A DNA stretch of 17,868 nucleotides from an uncultured Fibrobacterales bacterium (GCA_963934255.1 CAWVXU010000057.1:1-17868); one strand, 5' to 3'; shown: positions 1-9,891, numbered from the stretch's first letter. Notes: generated by a model not told the origin, from the letters alone. Program-made: numbers and translations.

Positions 1-408
1 TACAGCAAAGAGAGAAATCTCAATTCGGTTTAGAAATGAGTTAAAGTAATCAGAATTAAGACGTTCAGGCGCTATATATAAAAGGTCTAATTCTCCAGCT
101 AGAGCGAGAGATTCAATACGCTTGACTTCTTCCATGCTAGAAGTTGAATTCCAAAAGGCCGCTGAGACGCCCACTTGGTTTAAAGCATCAACTTGATCTT
201 GCATGAGAGCAATGAGTGGGGAGAAGACGATGCCAACACCCGAGCGTACAATAGATGGAATTTGGTAACACATTGATTTGCCGCCACCTGTAGGCATCAG
301 GACAAGACTTGACTCGCCATCAATAAGTCCTTGGATGACTTTTTCTTGATGACCTCTAAAGGCTGGATAACCAAAGGTGTTTTGTAGGACTTCTAGTGCT
401 TGACTCAT
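1..408 (-). CDS. recQ: ATP-dependent DNA helicase RecQ, N-terminal 136 codons (continues beyond the left edge; absent from the ORF track)
   Basis: Manual translation from ATG at 408-406: MSQALEVLQNTFGYPAFRGHQEKVIQGLIDGESSLVLMPTGGGKSMCYQIPSIVRSGVGIVFSPLIALMQDQVDALN...LLYIAPERL...ISLFAV. Contains RecQ motif 0 (FGY..FR..Q), Walker A (MPTGGGKS), motif Ia (SPLIALMQDQV) and YIAPERL. GAGAG SD-like sequence just upstream. Confidence 0.95.
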   Translation of the reverse strand, partial: MSQALEVLQNTFGYPAFRGHQEKVIQGLIDGESSLVLMPTGGGKSMCYQIPSIVRSGVGIVFSPLIALMQDQVDALNQVGVSAAFWNSTSSMEEVKRIESLALAGELDLLYIAPERLNSDYFNSFLNRIEISLFAV

Positions 409-678
409 GTAACTCTCAAGATAATACTGAACATCTGTGCAGTAATGTATAAATTTTTCAATTTTCTGCCATTAGGTAAATTGTTGATTTGAATTAGGAT
501 GTTTCAAGTGTGGTCTATGGTTCAAAAATTTGATAGGGTTATCTATAACAACGACTAATTCTACAATTGCAACAGCAATAAGAGTTAAGGATACTTAGTT
601 CGTTGTCTTAAGAACTGATTGAGGACATCAGGCCAGAGCCTCCCCCCTTGTGAAACTATATCATTCAAAATACACCAT

Positions 679-709
679 AAAAAAGGCGACTTCCTTTTGG
701 GTAGTCGCC
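679..709 (-). terminator. Rho-independent terminator downstream of acnB
   Basis: Stem GGCGACT (685-691) / AGTCGCC (703-709), followed on the minus strand by a T6 tract (A run at 679-684); about 60 bp past the acnB stop. Confidence 0.85.
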
Positions 710-769
710 AATATTTTTACTCATACAAGGGTATCCACTTCAATTAGAAGCATCTGATTCAATGAATCA

Positions 770-3547
770 TTATCCAACCATCTCTAGCTGAGACGGAGTA
801 AAGCTAGTCAAGTTAATCCCATCAACTGCAGCTTTGTACTCTTCCAAAGTAGGTGTTCTACCAAGGACTGTAGAAAGAACTACAACTGGAGTAGATGAAA
901 GTAAAGACTCACCCTTTTTCTCAGCGGTATCTTTAACAACACGACCTTGGAACAAACGAGTTGATGTTGCCATCACAGTATCGCCTGGAGCCGCTTTTTC
1001 TTGGTTACCCATACAAAGATTACAACCTGGACGCTCTAAGTATAACATGTTCAAATATTTAGTACGAGCGGCGCCTTTAGGAGCATTGTCGTCAAATTCA
1101 AACCCAGAATACTTTTGTAGAACTTCCCAGTCTCCTTCAGCTTTTAACTCATCAACGATGTTGTATGTAGGGGGAGCAACAACAAGTGGAGCATTGAAAG
1201 AAACACTGCCTTGTTGAGCTTCAATGTTTTTAAGCATCTGAGCTAATATTTTCATGTCACCTTTGTGAACCATACATGAACCGATAAATCCAAGATCAAC
1301 TTTTCTCTCTCCACCATAGAATGAAAGCGGTTTGATATTGTCATGAGTGTAACGTTTAGAAACATCTTCATTGTTGACATCAGGGTCAGCAATCATAGGC
1401 TCAACGATCAAATCAAGATCAACAACTACTTCAGCATGATATTTAGCGTTGGCATCAGGAGTTAGAGCTGGTTTAGAGCCAGATCTGATTTCATCAATTC
1501 TTTGGTTGGCTTTGTCAATTAGCCCTTGAAGAACTTTTGGAGCATTATCCATGCCTTTGTCGATCATAATTTGGATTCTAGATTTTGCAATCTCTAGAGA
1601 TTCAATCAAGGTTTCATTTTCTGAGATACAGATTGAAGCTTTTGCTTTCATCTCTGCGGTCCAGTCAGTAAATGTAAATGATTGGTCAGCAGTCAGGGTT
1701 CCGATGTGAACTTCAATCACTCGACCTTGGAAAACATTCTCACCACCAAATTGTTTTAGCATTTGTTGTTGAGTTGCGTGAACTACGTCACGGAAATCCA
1801 TGTAAGAGGTCATCTCACCTTTAAAAGTCACTTTAACTGATTCAGGGATTGGCATTGAAGCTTCACCTGTGGCAAGAGCCAGAGCAACTGTACCTGAGTC
1901 AGCACCAAAAGCTACGCCTTTAGACATTCTAGTGTGCGAGTCACCGCCAATGATGATTGCCCAATCGTCTATGGTGATGTCATTTAAAACTTTGTGAATC
2001 ACGTCAGTCATTGCATGGTATTTGCCTTGAGGGTCACGTGCAGTGATTAGACCAAAGTCATTCATAAATTTCATTAATTTAGGAATATTGGCTTGTGCTT
2101 TGTTATCCCAAACTGATGCCGTGTGACAACCAGATTGGTAAGCACCATCAACAATTGGAGAAATGACTGTAGCAGCCATTGATTCAAGTTCTTGAGAAGT
2201 CATTAAGCCAGTGGTGTCTTGAGAACCTACGATGTTGACTTCGACACGAACATCTGATCCTGCATGAAGAGTGAGACCAGGAGTAGTACCAACAGCGTTT
2301 TTATTGAAGATTTTTTCAACAGCAGTCAGGCCTTGACCATCAATGGAAATTTCTTTAGAAGTAGCAAAAACTACAGGAGCTTCATTTCCAAGTACTTTAG
2401 ATGCAAATGTTTGAAGCTTTTTACCAAATACAATAGCGTATGACCCGCCAGCTTTGATAAATTCAACTTTTTGAGGAGTCAGAGCAGCAGAAATATCAAT
2501 CAGCTCTTCATTTCCTTTATAAAGCTTCTTCTCTTTAGTGTTGATGGTCAGGACAGTCCCGGTTTTAATAGAATAAGTTTCTTCAAGAATAGGTTCGCCA
2601 TCAGCATTTCTTACAATTTGACCTTCAGCATCAACTTTTTTGACCCAATTCTTCAGGTCAACACCGATACCACCGGTTACCCCGACAGTTGTTAAGAAAA
2701 TCGGAGAAATACCATTTGTACCGGCGATGATAGGAGCGATATTAATAAAAGGAACGTACTGACTTGCTTGTATACCTGTCCACAAAGCAACGTTGTTGAC
2801 ACCAGACATCCTAGATGATCCAACACCCATGGTGCCTTTTTCAGCGATTAACATCACGCGCTTGTCAGGGTGTTGTGCTTTTAACTCAGAAAGCTCTTTT
2901 TGCATCTCTTTGTTATGTTCAAAAAGACATTGACCATGTAATTCGCGGTCAGATCGAGAATGTGCGTCTGCACCAGGAGAAAGTAGGTCAGTTGAGATAT
3001 CACCTTCGCCAGCGATGAAAGTAACAATTTCGATTTCTTCATCAACTTCAGGTAGTTTCGTGAAGAATTCAGCCTGAATATAGCTCTCAAGAAGCTCTTT
3101 AATTAAAGCGTTGCCGCTTTTGAAGGCGCCTTCAAGGCGAGCCATGTCTGCATCATACAAATAAACTTGAGTTTTAAGAACATCGACTGCTTCTTTGGCT
3201 ATAGCAGCATCGTTGCCGAGCGCTAAGTCAAGTAGTACTTCAATTGAAGGGCCACCCTTCATGTGAGATAAGTATTCGAAAGCAAGCTTTTGTGTGATTT
3301 CCTTGACTTGTTCTTCACCAAGAATGACTTCTCTTAAAAATTGTGCTTTGACGCCTGCGGCACTAGTGGTCCCGGGTGTGACATTGTAAATAAAGAAATT
3401 GAGAGAATCCTCACGATGGGCGTGGTCTTTATCTTTGATTTGACTAATGATCGCAGTGAGTAATTCATCACCATCAATTGGTTTTGGGTGAAGACCTTGA
3501 TCTTTTCGTTCTACGATTTCTTTGATGTAATCTTGATAAATATTCAT
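770..3547 (-). CDS. acnB: Aconitate hydratase B (bifunctional aconitase 2 / 2-methylisocitrate dehydratase), about 925 aa
   Basis: AcnB domain order: N-terminal helical domain, swivel domain (STDLLSPG..A.SR.D..LH, GVGSSR.SG.N), then catalytic domains (GSQDTTG, GGDSHTR, FIGSCMVH, PGCNLCMGNQ, STRLFQGR) with three [4Fe-4S] cysteines. ATG at 3547 (MNIYQDYIKEI) preferred over the track's TTG at 3589 because it resembles the usual AcnB N-terminus. Confidence 0.95.
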   Translation of the reverse strand: MNIYQDYIKEIVERKDQGLHPKPIDGDELLTAIISQIKDKDHAHREDSLNFFIYNVTPGTTSAAGVKAQFLREVILGEEQVKEITQKLAFEYLSHMKGGPSIEVLLDLALGNDAAIAKEAVDVLKTQVYLYDADMARLEGAFKSGNALIKELLESYIQAEFFTKLPEVDEEIEIVTFIAGEGDISTDLLSPGADAHSRSDRELHGQCLFEHNKEMQKELSELKAQHPDKRVMLIAEKGTMGVGSSRMSGVNNVALWTGIQASQYVPFINIAPIIAGTNGISPIFLTTVGVTGGIGVDLKNWVKKVDAEGQIVRNADGEPILEETYSIKTGTVLTINTKEKKLYKGNEELIDISAALTPQKVEFIKAGGSYAIVFGKKLQTFASKVLGNEAPVVFATSKEISIDGQGLTAVEKIFNKNAVGTTPGLTLHAGSDVRVEVNIVGSQDTTGLMTSQELESMAATVISPIVDGAYQSGCHTASVWDNKAQANIPKLMKFMNDFGLITARDPQGKYHAMTDVIHKVLNDITIDDWAIIIGGDSHTRMSKGVAFGADSGTVALALATGEASMPIPESVKVTFKGEMTSYMDFRDVVHATQQQMLKQFGGENVFQGRVIEVHIGTLTADQSFTFTDWTAEMKAKASICISENETLIESLEIAKSRIQIMIDKGMDNAPKVLQGLIDKANQRIDEIRSGSKPALTPDANAKYHAEVVVDLDLIVEPMIADPDVNNEDVSKRYTHDNIKPLSFYGGERKVDLGFIGSCMVHKGDMKILAQMLKNIEAQQGSVSFNAPLVVAPPTYNIVDELKAEGDWEVLQKYSGFEFDDNAPKGAARTKYLNMLYLERPGCNLCMGNQEKAAPGDTVMATSTRLFQGRVVKDTAEKKGESLLSSTPVVVLSTVLGRTPTLEEYKAAVDGINLTSFTPSQLEMVG

Positions 3548-3734
3548 AATAGAAGGCTTCTCAGGGTTGATAAATTGTTTAAAATTCAAATTTGTTTTCC
3601 CAAAATACTAAGTGAAGAACAAATTTTAAAGCCTATATACTTACTATAGATAAAAAGCTATTTCTCTAAAAACTCAAAACCTATAATCCAACAACCTCAA
3701 TTCGGACAAGAAGAATCTTGCTTCCTTTAAATAT

Positions 3735-3764
3735 TTGACAATTTTACTAAATTACAAGAATAAT
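3735..3764 (+). promoter_or_regulatory. Candidate sigma70-type promoter for gltBD
   Basis: Perfect TTGACA (3735-3740), 18-nt spacer, AATAAT (3759-3764), about 60 nt upstream of the probable gltB start. The -10 match is imperfect. Confidence 0.4.
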
Positions 3765-3826
3765 CTGCATTCTCGGCGTTCTGAGGCGTGTATTGTTGAC
3801 TTTTCATCCAAATGGGATCCATTTAT

Positions 3827-6800
3827 ATGACAATCAGTAATGAAAGTAATGAAAATAAGGGTCTATATACTCCGGAGCTGGAGCATGACAACTGTGGCAT
3901 CGGTTTTGTTGCCCACCTTAAAAATCGTAAATCACATAGTGTCATTACTCAAGCTTTGGGGATGCTATCTAGAATGGAACACCGTGGTGGAACTGGTTGC
4001 GACCCATGTTCCGGTGATGGCGCTGGTATTTTAATCCAGAAACCGCATGAGTTTTTCATTCAAGAAGCTTCCAAGCTCGGCTTTAAGCTACCTGCCTTTG
4101 ATCAGTATGGTGTAGGTGTTGTTTTGTTTCCTCAAGACAAAAATCAACGAGCAGAAGCTCGTGAGATTCTTGAACGCAGTGCTACTCATGTTGGTCTAGA
4201 AGTCATTGGGTATCGTGTTCTTCCTACGGATAATTCTGATTTGGGTATTGCTCCACTAGAGACTGAGCCGCAATTTGAGCATGTATTCATCAAAGGCGCT
4301 GCAAGTCCTGAAGAGCTCGAACGTAAACTTTATGTTGTTCGCAATAGCACAAACCGAGTTGTACGCGAATCAGTAGCCAATATTGGTGATTTGTTTTACA
4401 TCACTTCAATGTCCCACAAGACAGTGATTTACAAAGGTCAATTGACTACTGATCAAGTTCCTATGTATTTCCTAGATCTTCAAAATGAAAATTTAGTGAC
4501 TTCTATTGCGCTTGTGCATTCACGATTCTCTACAAATACTTTCCCGGCATGGAGATTGGCGCAGCCATTCAGATATGTCGCTCATAATGGTGAAATAAAC
4601 ACCGTTCGTGGAAATCGTAATTGGATTAAAGCTCGGGAAGCTTTATTTGAATCCGCTTTTTTCTCTCAAGAGGAGCTTGAACTTCTCAAACCTATTTGTG
4701 ATGAAAATGGATCTGACTCAGCTAATTTTGACATGGCACTTGAGCTTCTTGTTTTATCAGGTCGTTCACTACCTCATGCTCTTATGATGATGGTTCCTGA
4801 AGCATGGCAAGAAAACCCAACAATGGACAAAAGTCGTCGTGGATTCTATGAGTATCACGCATCATTGATGGAACCCTGGGATGGCCCAGCCTCTATTTGT
4901 TTCACAGATGGTAAAGTAGTAGGCGCAACTCTTGACCGTAATGGACTTCGCCCATCTCGTTATATGTTGACTAAAGATGACTTTATCATCATGGCTTCTG
5001 AATCGGGTGTTGTTGATGTCGAGCCAGACAATGTGGTTCTTCGTGGTCGTCTTCAGCCCGGTCGTATTTTTGTAGCTGATCTTGAAGAAGGTCGCATCAT
5101 TACTGATGATGAACTTAAAGCTCAGATTGCTGGTCAAAAGCCTTATGCTAATTGGGTGTCAGAATACAAAATCAATATCACTGATTTACCAGCTCCACAG
5201 CAGTCAATGAGTCAACCTGATGGTTCTTTGCTATTAAAGTATCAACAAGCTTTTGGATATTCTTTTGAAGATCTCAAAATGATATTAAAGCCGATGGCTG
5301 AAGATGGTAAAGAACCGACTGGTTCTATGGGAGCTGATTGGCCTTTAGCTGTTCTCTCTCATCAGTCTCAACATTTGTCTTCTTACTTTAAACAATTATT
5401 TGCTCAGGTGACTAATCCTCCAATCGATCCTATTCGTGAGCGTATGGTGATGTCTCTTAAAACATATGTTGGTAAAGATTTAAATCTTCTGGCAGAGACT
5501 CCTGGACATTGCCATAAAGTTGAGCTTGATTCACCTGTTCTTTCTAATGTTGAAGTGGAGAAGTTGCGTTATATTGACCACTCTCACTTCCAATCCAAAA
5601 CAATTGAAACAGTATTCAAAGCTGATGGTGAAAAAGGCCGTCTTGAACGCGCACTCAAGCGCATTTGCAAATACGCCGAAGATGCCGTTGAAGAGGGATA
5701 CTCAATCTTAATCCTATCTGACCGTGGTTTAGATACTGACCACGCAGCGATTCCTTCAGTTTTAGCAACTGCTGCTATTCACCACCATTTGATTCGTTGT
5801 GGTGTAAGAGCACTTTGTGATATCATCGTTGAAGCAGGTGAAGTGAAGGAAACTCATCATTTTGCAACACTTATCGGTTATGGTGCATCTGCGATCAACC
5901 CTTACCTTGCAATTGAATCATTAAACGACCTCAACAAACAAGGTCGTATCAATGGTGATTTATCAACAGATAAAATTTATGAAAATTTCAAAAAATCAAT
6001 CGATGCGGGACTTCTAAAAATATTCTCTAAAATGGGTATTTCTACTATTCAGTCATATCATGGTGCTCAAATCTTTGAGGCCTTAGGTATATCTAAGCCT
6101 GTAATTGATAAATACTTCACCGGAACCGTATCTCGTATCGGTGGACTTTCTACTGACGATATCGCACGCGAAGCACTTGTGAAGCATCGCCATGCATTCC
6201 CTGAGTCTCCAATACATAACACACGTCTTGATGTGGGTGGTGTCTATCAGTGGAAAAATCGTGGTGAAAAACATTTATTCAATCCAAAATCAATTCATCA
6301 TCTTCAAAATTCTGCCAAGAACAATGATTATGAAGAATTCAAGCAATACACTGCTGAAGTAGATGCTCAAACTGAGCGCGCTGTCACTCTACGTGGACTT
6401 TTAGAGTTCACTGGTGGTAAGTCAATCTCTATTGATGAAGTTGAACCAGCAGAAAAAATTTACAAACGTTTTGCAACAGGTGCGATGTCTTTCGGGTCAA
6501 TTTCACATGAAGCTCACTCAACACTTGCTATTGCAATGAATCGCCTAGGTGGTAAATCAAACTCTGGTGAAGGTGGTGAAGATCCAATTCGTTTTGAACC
6601 AAAAGAAAATGGTGACTGGGAACGCTCTGCTATAAAGCAAATCGCATCGGGTCGTTTTGGTGTAACATCCTATTACTTAGCTAATGCTAATGAGCTTCAG
6701 ATTAAAATGGCCCAAGGTGCAAAACCTGGTGAAGGTGGCCAACTTCCGGGACACAAAGTAGATGACTGGATTGGTGCGACTCGTCACTCAACTCCAGGTG

Positions 6801-8353
6801 TTGGACTTATTTCTCCTCCTCCTCACCACGATATTTATTCAATTGAAGATTTAGCCCAGCTAATTTTTGACTTGAAAAACTCAAACCGTGATGCTCGTGT
6901 TAATGTCAAGCTTGTTTCTGAAGCTGGCGTTGGTACAATTGCAACAGGTGTATGTAAAGCAAAAGCAGATGTTGTTCTTATTGCTGGCTTTGATGGTGGT
7001 ACTGGAGCTTCTCCGGTTTCATCTATCAGACACGCAGGTCTCCCATGGGAGCTTGGTCTAGCAGAGACCCATCAGACACTTGTTAAAAATAAATTGCGTT
7101 CACGTATTGTTGTTCAAGCTGATGGTCAGATGAAAACTCCTAAAGATTTAGCTGTAGCTTGTCTATTAGGAGCTGAAGAATGGGGTGTGGCAACTGCTGC
7201 ACTTGTGGTTGAGGGTTGTATCATGATGCGTAAGTGTCATCTTAATACATGTCCAGTGGGTATCGCAACACAAGACAAACGTCTTCGTGAACGTTTTGCT
7301 GGTGACCCAGACCATGTTGTGAACTTCTTTAAATTCCTTGTACAAGGTCTTCGTGAGATCATGGCAGAGCTTGGATTCAAAACTATCGAAGAGATGGTGG
7401 GACAATCTCAGCACTTGAAATTCAAAGACAATCTTGAGCACTGGAAATACCAAAACTTACACCTTGATACTCTTCTATTTAAAGAGACATTTGGTGAAGA
7501 AGCAGGTCTATGTAACTCTCAAGGTCAAGATCACGCCTTAGGTGAAGTCCTTGATTTGACTTTACTTGATATTGCTAAAGAGTCGCTAGCTAGTGGTAAA
7601 AAGTCAACAGCAGAGCTTCCTATTAATAACCTTGATCGTGCGACAGGAACTATCCTATCACATGAAATTTCTAAGAAATACAAAGGTGAAGGTCTTCCAG
7701 CTGGGACAATTGATATCAAATTCCGTGGTTCAGCGGGTCAATCACATGGTGCTTTCTTGGCGTCGGGAGTTCGATTTGAAATCGAGGGTGATTCTAATGA
7801 CTACTATGGTAAAGGTTTATCTGGTGGTGAGTTGGTTATTTACCCTGACAAAAAAGCTTCACTTGTCGCTGAAGATAACATTATCGTCGGCAATGTCTGT
7901 TTCTATGGTGCCACTAAAGGTACAGCCTACATCAATGGTTTAGCTGGCGAGCGCTTCTGTGTTCGTAATTCAGGTGCTGAAGTAGTTGTAGAAGGTATTG
8001 GTGATCACGGTTGTGAATACATGACCGGTGGCTTGACTATTATCCTTGGTGAAACAGGTCGTAACTTTGCAGCTGGTATGTCTGGTGGAGTCGCTTATGT
8101 TTATGATGAGCATAACAACTTTAAATCGAATCTCAATACTGAACTTGTGGATATAGATCCTATCGAGCCTGGAGATCAAGAATTATTAAAAGAAAAAATC
8201 TCTAAACACTTAGCATTTACTAAATCAGATGTTGCTCAAAAGCTTCTCAATAATTGGGAAGAGACGATGAGCAAAATGATTAAAGTGATGCCAAGGGATT
8301 ACAAACGCGTTCTAAACGAGCGTGCTCAAAAAATGGAGGCCATAAATGGGTAA
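3827..8353 (+). CDS. gltB: Glutamate synthase (GOGAT) large subunit
   Basis: Ntn amidotransferase Cys after a short propeptide (EHDN-CGIGF, Cys codon 3893-3895); HSRFSTNT, HNGEINT, EPWDGPA; FMN domain (MSFGSIS, SNSGEGGE, AQGAKPGEGGQLPG); 3Fe-4S motif GCIMMRKCHLNTCPVG; C-terminal GXGXG beta-helix. Start at 3827 (GGGA upstream) or 3812. Confidence 0.97.
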   Translation: MTISNESNENKGLYTPELEHDNCGIGFVAHLKNRKSHSVITQALGMLSRMEHRGGTGCDPCSGDGAGILIQKPHEFFIQEASKLGFKLPAFDQYGVGVVLFPQDKNQRAEAREILERSATHVGLEVIGYRVLPTDNSDLGIAPLETEPQFEHVFIKGAASPEELERKLYVVRNSTNRVVRESVANIGDLFYITSMSHKTVIYKGQLTTDQVPMYFLDLQNENLVTSIALVHSRFSTNTFPAWRLAQPFRYVAHNGEINTVRGNRNWIKAREALFESAFFSQEELELLKPICDENGSDSANFDMALELLVLSGRSLPHALMMMVPEAWQENPTMDKSRRGFYEYHASLMEPWDGPASICFTDGKVVGATLDRNGLRPSRYMLTKDDFIIMASESGVVDVEPDNVVLRGRLQPGRIFVADLEEGRIITDDELKAQIAGQKPYANWVSEYKINITDLPAPQQSMSQPDGSLLLKYQQAFGYSFEDLKMILKPMAEDGKEPTGSMGADWPLAVLSHQSQHLSSYFKQLFAQVTNPPIDPIRERMVMSLKTYVGKDLNLLAETPGHCHKVELDSPVLSNVEVEKLRYIDHSHFQSKTIETVFKADGEKGRLERALKRICKYAEDAVEEGYSILILSDRGLDTDHAAIPSVLATAAIHHHLIRCGVRALCDIIVEAGEVKETHHFATLIGYGASAINPYLAIESLNDLNKQGRINGDLSTDKIYENFKKSIDAGLLKIFSKMGISTIQSYHGAQIFEALGISKPVIDKYFTGTVSRIGGLSTDDIAREALVKHRHAFPESPIHNTRLDVGGVYQWKNRGEKHLFNPKSIHHLQNSAKNNDYEEFKQYTAEVDAQTERAVTLRGLLEFTGGKSISIDEVEPAEKIYKRFATGAMSFGSISHEAHSTLAIAMNRLGGKSNSGEGGEDPIRFEPKENGDWERSAIKQIASGRFGVTSYYLANANELQIKMAQGAKPGEGGQLPGHKVDDWIGATRHSTPGVGLISPPPHHDIYSIEDLAQLIFDLKNSNRDARVNVKLVSEAGVGTIATGVCKAKADVVLIAGFDGGTGASPVSSIRHAGLPWELGLAETHQTLVKNKLRSRIVVQADGQMKTPKDLAVACLLGAEEWGVATAALVVEGCIMMRKCHLNTCPVGIATQDKRLRERFAGDPDHVVNFFKFLVQGLREIMAELGFKTIEEMVGQSQHLKFKDNLEHWKYQNLHLDTLLFKETFGEEAGLCNSQGQDHALGEVLDLTLLDIAKESLASGKKSTAELPINNLDRATGTILSHEISKKYKGEGLPAGTIDIKFRGSAGQSHGAFLASGVRFEIEGDSNDYYGKGLSGGELVIYPDKKASLVAEDNIIVGNVCFYGATKGTAYINGLAGERFCVRNSGAEVVVEGIGDHGCEYMTGGLTIILGETGRNFAAGMSGGVAYVYDEHNNFKSNLNTELVDIDPIEPGDQELLKEKISKHLAFTKSDVAQKLLNNWEETMSKMIKVMPRDYKRVLNERAQKMEAING

Positions 8354-9839
8354 GCCTAGTGGATTTTTAGAAAATACGCGCGAAGTTCCTTCAAAAGAGG
8401 ATCCAAAAGATCGAATCAAGCATTATCGTGAGATGTACAAGGATGAAGAGTTTGGTGATGGTATTGTCACTCAAGCCTCACGTTGTATGGATTGTGGTGT
8501 TCCTTTTTGTCAAAGTGGTTGTCCACTAGGCAATATTATACCTGAATTTAATGATGCGGTGTATCGTAAGTCATGGTCTGAAGCTTATGAAATCTTAAGC
8601 TCAACCAACAACTTTCCTGAATTCACGGGTCGAATCTGTCCTGCTCCTTGTGAACATTCCTGTGTACTAGGAATTAACCAACCGGCTGTGACTATTCACA
8701 ATATCGAGCGTTTCATTACTGAAGAAGCTTACAAAAATGGTTCTGCAAATGCTAAACCCCCTGTAAAAAGAACCGGTAAAAAAGTGGCTGTTGTAGGCTC
8801 AGGGCCTGCAGGCTTGTCTGCTGCTGCTCAGCTAAATAAAGCCGGACACCAAGTTGTCGTGTTTGAACGGGCTAAGCGTATCGGTGGACTACTTCGTCAA
8901 GGTATTCCTGACTTCAAGCTTGAAAAATGGGTCATTGACCGCAGGCAAGAAGTGATGGAAGAAGAAGGCATTGAATTCAAAACAAACACAAATGTGGGTG
9001 TCGATGTTTCATCAGCTGATCTTCAAGCAAACTTTGATGCAATTATTTTAGCGGGTGGTTCAACTATACCGCGTGATCTTCCTATTACAGGCCGTGACGC
9101 TGTGGGTGTGCATCCTGCGATGGATTTCTTATCACAAAACAACTCAGTAGTTGCCGGTGATAGAATGATTAAAAACCACCTAGGTGAAGATTGTGCAGTG
9201 CAAATTACCGCTAAGGATAAACACGTAGTGGTGATAGGTGGTGGCGATACTGGTTCTGACTGTATTGGTACTTCGATTCGTCATGGTGCCAGATCTGTGA
9301 CTCAATTAGAAATTATGCCGATACCTCCAGAAGAGCGCACCGCATCGATGCCTTGGCCAAATTTTGCTTTTACTTTTAAAACATCTACTTCGCAAGAAGA
9401 ACAAACGGTAGTGCCTGGTTCTAAACGTGAATTTGCTGTGGGCACTAAGGAATTCATCAAAGATGAGAATGGTAACTTAAAAGCACTTAAAATCGTTGAT
9501 ATTGAGCATCCAGGGTTCAAGGAAGTTGAAGGGTCTGAGCGTGAGATTCCTTGTGAATTAGCTACTCTTGCCATGGGATTCCTACATCCTCAACATGAAG
9601 GCCTTTTGGCTGATCTGGGTGTAGAGCTTGATGATCGTGGAAACGTGAGAGCTGAGTATTTGGATCACAAAACGTCAAAAATCGGTGTTTTTGTAGCGGG
9701 GGATATGCGTCGCGGACAATCTTTAGTTGTTTGGGCTCAATCTGAAGGTCGCGAAGCAGCTGCTACTTGTGATGAATTCTTAATGGGTTCAGCTAGTACT
9801 TTGGAGCGAAAAGAAGATAGTTTCGTTCTTTCTAAGTGA
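8346..9839 (+). CDS. gltD: Glutamate synthase small subunit
   Basis: Fe-S motifs RCMDCGVPFCQSGCP and GRICPAPCEHSC; FAD motif VVGSGPAGL; pyridine-nucleotide motif IGGGDTGSDC; C-terminal AGDMRRGQSLVVWA. Overlaps the gltB end by 8 nt, with GGAGG SD at 8335-8339. Confidence 0.97.
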   Translation: MGKPSGFLENTREVPSKEDPKDRIKHYREMYKDEEFGDGIVTQASRCMDCGVPFCQSGCPLGNIIPEFNDAVYRKSWSEAYEILSSTNNFPEFTGRICPAPCEHSCVLGINQPAVTIHNIERFITEEAYKNGSANAKPPVKRTGKKVAVVGSGPAGLSAAAQLNKAGHQVVVFERAKRIGGLLRQGIPDFKLEKWVIDRRQEVMEEEGIEFKTNTNVGVDVSSADLQANFDAIILAGGSTIPRDLPITGRDAVGVHPAMDFLSQNNSVVAGDRMIKNHLGEDCAVQITAKDKHVVVIGGGDTGSDCIGTSIRHGARSVTQLEIMPIPPEERTASMPWPNFAFTFKTSTSQEEQTVVPGSKREFAVGTKEFIKDENGNLKALKIVDIEHPGFKEVEGSEREIPCELATLAMGFLHPQHEGLLADLGVELDDRGNVRAEYLDHKTSKIGVFVAGDMRRGQSLVVWAQSEGREAAATCDEFLMGSASTLERKEDSFVLSK

Positions 9840-9891
9840 TTTGTGGCTCAATCGTTGATTGACTAAGCTCAGATTATATTAGCAATTGAAG

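Noticed and set aside
470..594. Hydrophobic minus-strand frame VSLTLIAVAIVELVVVIDNPIKF..., resembling a type I toxin or small membrane peptide
   Set aside because: Immediately preceded by an in-frame TAA, with no standard start codon or SD ahead of the hydrophobic stretch.
834..3090. Short ORFs within acnB (834-1217, 2471-2695, 2815-3018, 2881-3090)
   Set aside because: Antisense or off-frame shadows of a conserved gene; no recognisable motifs.
3700..3826. Possible glutamine (glnA-motif) riboswitch upstream of gltB
   Set aside because: Conserved junction sequences not found; only short hairpins present.
3840..9574. Short ORFs overlapping gltB/gltD (e.g. 7593-7943, 7166-7453, 9302-9574)
   Set aside because: Fully nested in conserved genes; explained by codon bias.
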